This document shows, one piece after another, positions 25,070 through 29,043 of a stretch of DNA of 29,043 nucleotides. The notes under the pieces are model-generated. The model was given only the letters and a program-made list of their open reading frames with translations. It did no database searches and was not told the DNA's origin. Every line of letters begins with the position of its first letter. Position 1 is the first letter of the stretch. Source of the stretch: a virus. Lineage: Duplodnaviria > Caudoviricetes. The position numbers were made by a program, and so were the translations under genes. The stretch covers positions 1 through 29,043 of the IMG/VR virus record IMGVR_UViG_3300030376_000060; one strand, 5' to 3'.

Positions 25070-28000
25070 TTATTCTCCTTTGAGTGTGTTAATTTCAGCT
25101 TGTAAGGCTTCAATCTGTGTTTGTTGTTCTTGGATTGCTTTTGTGAGTAAAGGTACTAATTTACTTTGGTCAATACTTTGCATTTCTTCTCCATCTTTTT
25201 CGCCTGTAATAGCTTCAGGTACAATATCTGAAACTTCATGAGCTAAAAATCCATCTACTGTTTCATCTTTTTCTACTATAAAATTAAATCTAGCAGGTTT
25301 TAATTGTGCAACTCTTGATAGAGCATCAAATTCATAAGTAACATTTTCTTTTAATCTGTAATCAGAACTTGTATTGTATGCGGTAGAAGATGTAGTTACG
25401 CTTATACTTCCAACTGCTGATGAAATGCCACCACGATAAAAAGATACTATCCCCCCATTACTTCCTGACCTTTTTAAATGTGCAACAGTCAAATTATTGT
25501 TAGCAACGTGAAGAGAACCAGTTCCAGCATTGTTAGAACCATTTACAAAAGCAGTAGTTTCTCCAATAATTACACCACCATTAGAATCAATTCTCATTGC
25601 TTCATCTAAGGTTGTGTCATTTTGAGATATATAAAAAGCTAAAGCTGATGCTGCATTACTGTCATCACCGTTTTCTTTTAAACCAGCAATAGCTGAACCC
25701 GTTATTGGATTAGTTTCATCATCAGGTATTTCAAATTCTAATCTTGAACCTGAACCTGCTGCACCATCTGAACTTGTGCTAGAAAATGTTGCACTTAATT
25801 TTAGTACAGTCTCAGGTGTACTTTGAGTATCGCTAGATAAAGTTGAAGAAACATGTAAAGGTGATGAAGGACTTGATGTACCAACACCAACTCGGTCATT
25901 ACCCCCATCAACAAATAACATACCTTGATTGCCATTTGACTCAACTCTAAAATCTCTATCATTACTGCCATCATTGATAATGATACCTGAAGCATCCATT
26001 ACCATTTCTTCAGTACCTGCTATATCAAATCTGATTTTATCTTCATCAGAACTTTCTTCTACTTGAATTTTAGTATCACCATCAGCATCTTGTACAGTAG
26101 TAGCAGTACTGATACTTGTAGTAGTCAAAGTAATACATTCTACTTTTACACCAGTTGGCGGTGCTGTTGAAAATGTTAAAGTTGTACCTGAAACTGAGTA
26201 AGTATCTTTATGCTGTAGTACACCGTCTAAAGTTACAAAAGTAGCATTTTCATTTGTTGGAGTTGCACTTAAAGATAATGTAGTATCAGAACCATCTCCT
26301 GTCATCGTATCTATTACAGGGGCAGTTCCTCCACCACCACCAGCTATAGCACCCCATTCATCTGTATAACCTTCAAAGCCACCAGTAGTTGAATTATATC
26401 TAAAGTAACCTGCAGCAGGACTTCCCGGTCTTTGAGCTGTAGTACCTACTGGTACATGTATTGAATCTGTATTAGCACCTAAGTCTAGTGATACATCTGG
26501 TGAAGTTTGATTAACACCTATTCTATTTTCACTTACATCTACAAATAAAACACCACTGTCTACATTAACATCGCCTGAGAATGTAGCTGCTGTAAAAGTT
26601 GTAGGAGTAATATTAGCACTACCATCAAAGCTTACACCACCAATAGTTCTAGCAGTTGTTAAAGTAGCTGCAGAACCTGTAGTATTTTGGTTAAGAGTTC
26701 CTACTGTTAAGTCTATAGTGCCGTCTGAGTCTTCATAAGCTACAGTAATACCGGATTCAGTATTAGAACTAAACATAGCTCCTACTGTATCTTGTACAAC
26801 TTCTGTTAAGTCTATGTTTGCAGTACCATCAAAAGATACTCCATGAATAGTTCTTGCAGTTTCTAAAGCTGTAGCAGTTGCTGCGTTACCTGTAGTATCT
26901 GCTGAACCACTAAATGCAAAATCTAATGTACCGTCTGAGTCTTGATAAGTTACTGTAATATTTGTTTCAGTATTACTAGATACCATAGCTCCTACAGTAT
27001 CTTGAATAACTTCAGAAAGGTCTATATTAGCTGTACCGTCAAATGATACACCATGTATTGTTCTTGCTGTAGCTAAAGCTGTTGCAGTAGCTGCTAAACC
27101 TGTAGTGTCTTGATTAAGTGTGCCAATTACAAAGTCTAATGTATTATCAGAGTCATCATAAGTAACTGTAACACCAGTTTCAGTATTACTTGTTACCATT
27201 GCTCCAACAGTATCACTAATTGTTTCTGCTAAAGTAACTCCACCAATAGTAATTGCATCGGCTTCTAATGTTCCGTCTATGTCTGCATCACCTGATATGT
27301 CAAGTGTAGCTGCATCTAATTCGCCACTAATAGTTATATTACGACCACCAGTTATATCTTTGTTTGCATCTGTTATAATAGCTTTACTTGCTATTACTGT
27401 ACCATTGGTAATTCCATCTATAAGATTAATGTCTGCAGCATTTGCTGTAACACCATCTAAAATATTTAACTCTGCAACTGTTGAAGTAATACCATCAAGA
27501 GCATTTATTTCTGCTGCAGTAGCTGTAACACCATCAAGGATATTAAGTTCTGCTGCAGTGCTTGTTACACCGTCTAAAATATTTAACTCTGCTGCAGTTG
27601 ACGTAACTCCATCTAAAATATTAAGTTCTGCTGCAGTACTTGTAACTGCTGTGCCATTTATAGAAAGGGCATCAGTTTCTAAAGTACCATCAACATCTAC
27701 ATCGCCACTTACATCTAATGAACCTGCATCAAGTTCGCCAGTAAGTGTAATGTTTCTAAAACTTGCAATGTCTTTATTGCTATCTACTACGACTGCTTTA
27801 GAAGCTGCAACAGTTCCTGCAGTTACACCGTCTATTGTTTCTAATTCAGCTTCACTAATATCTGCAGAACCAATAACAAAACTTGTACCTGTAATTGCTG
27901 TACCTGTAATAGCGGCAGCACTTGAACCACCAATAATAGCACCGTCTATAGTACCACCATTAATATCTGCAGTATCTGCAACAAGAGCATCAGTAGTTAC

Positions 28001-28660
28001 TGTGCCGTCAAAGTAAGCATCTTTAAATTCAATAGAGCTTGTACCTAAATCTATATCGTTATCTGTAGAAGGTACTATTGCTCCATTAGTAAAGGTAACT
28101 TGATTATCTCCTCCAGCAGCTATAGTAATAACATCTGAGCCACTAAAAGTTATTGAAGTATTTGAATCTGCATCACCAGCAATACTATCTAATTGAATAC
28201 TACCTACATTAGTAATTGCTGAATCACTAAAATCTATTGTTCCTGTAACATCTAAATTACCACCTACAGATACATTACCTGTAGTTGTAATTGAATCTAT
28301 ATAAGCATTTTTAAAATATAATGAACTTGTTCCTAAATCAACATCACTATCAGTAACAGGAAGTAAAGCACCATCTTGTAATCTTATTTGCTCAACTGCA
28401 GAAGAAGAAACCTCTACATAAAATCCCCATCTATTATTTGTGCTATCTACAACTATTTTATTTAAAAAATCTAAATCACCAATAGTATGAATATTACCAC
28501 CTTGTCCAGCAGTACCATCGTGTCTGTGTCCAGTAGAACTTGCACTACTTGACGAGTAAGCGAAAGCATTTACTAACTGATTATATTCATCATTAAACAA
28601 AGCAGCAGTAATAGTATCTCCATCTGCAAATGTACTTTGTCTTGTGTATGTTTGTGCCAT
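25070..28660 (-). CDS. Tail fibre protein with C-terminal peptidase S74 intramolecular chaperone
   Basis: N-terminal anchor (GHRHDG); T/S/D/G-rich repeats; C-terminal SSDYRLKENV...GFLAHEV...IDQSKLVPLLTKAIQE plus coiled coil. Confidence 0.9.
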   Translation of the reverse strand: MAQTYTRQSTFADGDTITAALFNDEYNQLVNAFAYSSSSASSTGHRHDGTAGQGGNIHTIGDLDFLNKIVVDSTNNRWGFYVEVSSSAVEQIRLQDGALLPVTDSDVDLGTSSLYFKNAYIDSITTTGNVSVGGNLDVTGTIDFSDSAITNVGSIQLDSIAGDADSNTSITFSGSDVITIAAGGDNQVTFTNGAIVPSTDNDIDLGTSSIEFKDAYFDGTVTTDALVADTADINGGTIDGAIIGGSSAAAITGTAITGTSFVIGSADISEAELETIDGVTAGTVAASKAVVVDSNKDIASFRNITLTGELDAGSLDVSGDVDVDGTLETDALSINGTAVTSTAAELNILDGVTSTAAELNILDGVTSTAAELNILDGVTATAAEINALDGITSTVAELNILDGVTANAADINLIDGITNGTVIASKAIITDANKDITGGRNITISGELDAATLDISGDADIDGTLEADAITIGGVTLAETISDTVGAMVTSNTETGVTVTYDDSDNTLDFVIGTLNQDTTGLAATATALATARTIHGVSFDGTANIDLSEVIQDTVGAMVSSNTETNITVTYQDSDGTLDFAFSGSADTTGNAATATALETARTIHGVSFDGTANIDLTEVVQDTVGAMFSSNTESGITVAYEDSDGTIDLTVGTLNQNTTGSAATLTTARTIGGVSFDGSANITPTTFTAATFSGDVNVDSGVLFVDVSENRIGVNQTSPDVSLDLGANTDSIHVPVGTTAQRPGSPAAGYFRYNSTTGGFEGYTDEWGAIAGGGGGTAPVIDTMTGDGSDTTLSLSATPTNENATFVTLDGVLQHKDTYSVSGTTLTFSTAPPTGVKVECITLTTTSISTATTVQDADGDTKIQVEESSDEDKIRFDIAGTEEMVMDASGIIINDGSNDRDFRVESNGNQGMLFVDGGNDRVGVGTSSPSSPLHVSSTLSSDTQSTPETVLKLSATFSSTSSDGAAGSGSRLEFEIPDDETNPITGSAIAGLKENGDDSNAASALAFYISQNDTTLDEAMRIDSNGGVIIGETTAFVNGSNNAGTGSLHVANNNLTVAHLKRSGSNGGIVSFYRGGISSAVGSISVTTSSTAYNTSSDYRLKENVTYEFDALSRVAQLKPARFNFIVEKDETVDGFLAHEVSDIVPEAITGEKDGEEMQSIDQSKLVPLLTKAIQEQQTQIEALQAEINTLKGE
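26604..27226 (-). repeat. Three roughly 70-aa tandem repeats in the tail fibre
   Basis: DTVGAM.SSNTE..ITV.Y.DSDGT.D...TTG.AAT...ARTI.GVSFDG.ANI occurs three times. Confidence 0.9.
27413..27646 (-). repeat. Six 13-aa (39-bp) tandem repeats in the tail fibre
   Basis: VTSTAAELNILDG three times, then VTATAAEINALDG, ITSTVAELNILDG and VTANAADINLIDG. Confidence 0.92.
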
Positions 28661-28662
28661 AA

Positions 28663-29043
28663 TTATCTCCTGCCTGAAGGTATAAAGTCTACATAAAGTC
28701 CGTTAACTGTGTAGCTTGGTTTGGTATCATTACTAATAACTGTAAAATTATTACTTGTACCACTGCCTTGCAACGGTACTCTTATCATTGGATTGTTTTG
28801 TCCTGCAAATTTATTTGTATTAAATACTGCACCACCAAATAATGAAGGTGGATTTATAACTCCTAAGTCAAATAAATCTGTAGGTTGTTGTATATCGGTA
28901 CTGTTATAATCAAATTTAATCTGTACATCAGGTTCTACAATTCCTTCTGTTGCCATAGAAACTCTAAGATAGTGTAAAGTTTTTAAAGTTCCTAAATCAC
29001 CATAATCATAATTTGGTGTAGTATATCTTGCTAAAATAGCAAT
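28663..29043 (-). CDS. Tail tubular protein B / head-tail stabilisation protein, C-terminal part, 5'-truncated
   Basis: Frame is open to the window edge (IAILARYTTPNYDYGDLGTLKTLHYLRVSM...); Y.TP..D.GD...K pattern; precedes the tail fibre. Confidence 0.65.
   Translation of the reverse strand: MAILARYTTPNYDYGDLGTLKTLHYLRVSMATEGIVEPDVQIKFDYNSTDIQQPTDLFDLGVINPPSLFGGAVFNTNKFAGQNNPMIRVPLQGSGTSNNFTVISNDTKPSYTVNGLYVDFIPSGRR

Noticed and set aside
27413-27646. 39-bp periodic repeat as a CRISPR array or DGR template
   Set aside because: In-frame coding repeats without unique spacers; no reverse transcriptase in the window.
27279-28016. 245-aa + strand ORF
   Set aside because: Antisense shadow of the tail fibre repeats; stop-poor because of the codon bias of the real gene; no SD.

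Overview
AT-rich dsDNA phage segment, most likely from a marine lytic podovirus with a T7-like replisome. No phage RNA polymerase lies in this window, and the early region carries consensus sigma70 promoters. The + strand (1-11485) holds the early and replication module: pyrimidine-dimer glycosylase-like gene (partial), small ORFs, gp2.5-like SSB, primase-helicase, family A DNA polymerase, T5orf172/GIY-YIG protein, PD-(D/E)XK exonuclease, endonuclease I, DUF3310 protein, and class Ia nrdA and nrdB. Four genes lie between nrdA and nrdB, including an exported c-type cytochrome. The - strand (29043-11489) holds the late module: tail tubular protein (partial), repeat-rich tail fibre with an S74 chaperone, five probable internal virion/ejection proteins, and a lysis cassette (M15 endolysin, MscS-like protein, 3-TM holin, unannotated 30-aa TM peptide). 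Top leads: (1) a 10-aa R-x-x-[FYKL]-x-x-G-[GAST]-x-[VIL] motif repeated at the N-termini of internal proteins and at module boundaries in the C-terminus of the 2020-aa protein, which carries an ADP-ribosyltransferase-like domain and other cargo-like domains, suggesting an injected effector polyprotein; (2) the cytochrome c inside the RNR locus; (3) a three-hairpin intergenic RNA with anti-SD-like loop sequence; (4) a truncated MscS in the lysis cassette. All family assignments come from motif recognition by eye, not from database searches.
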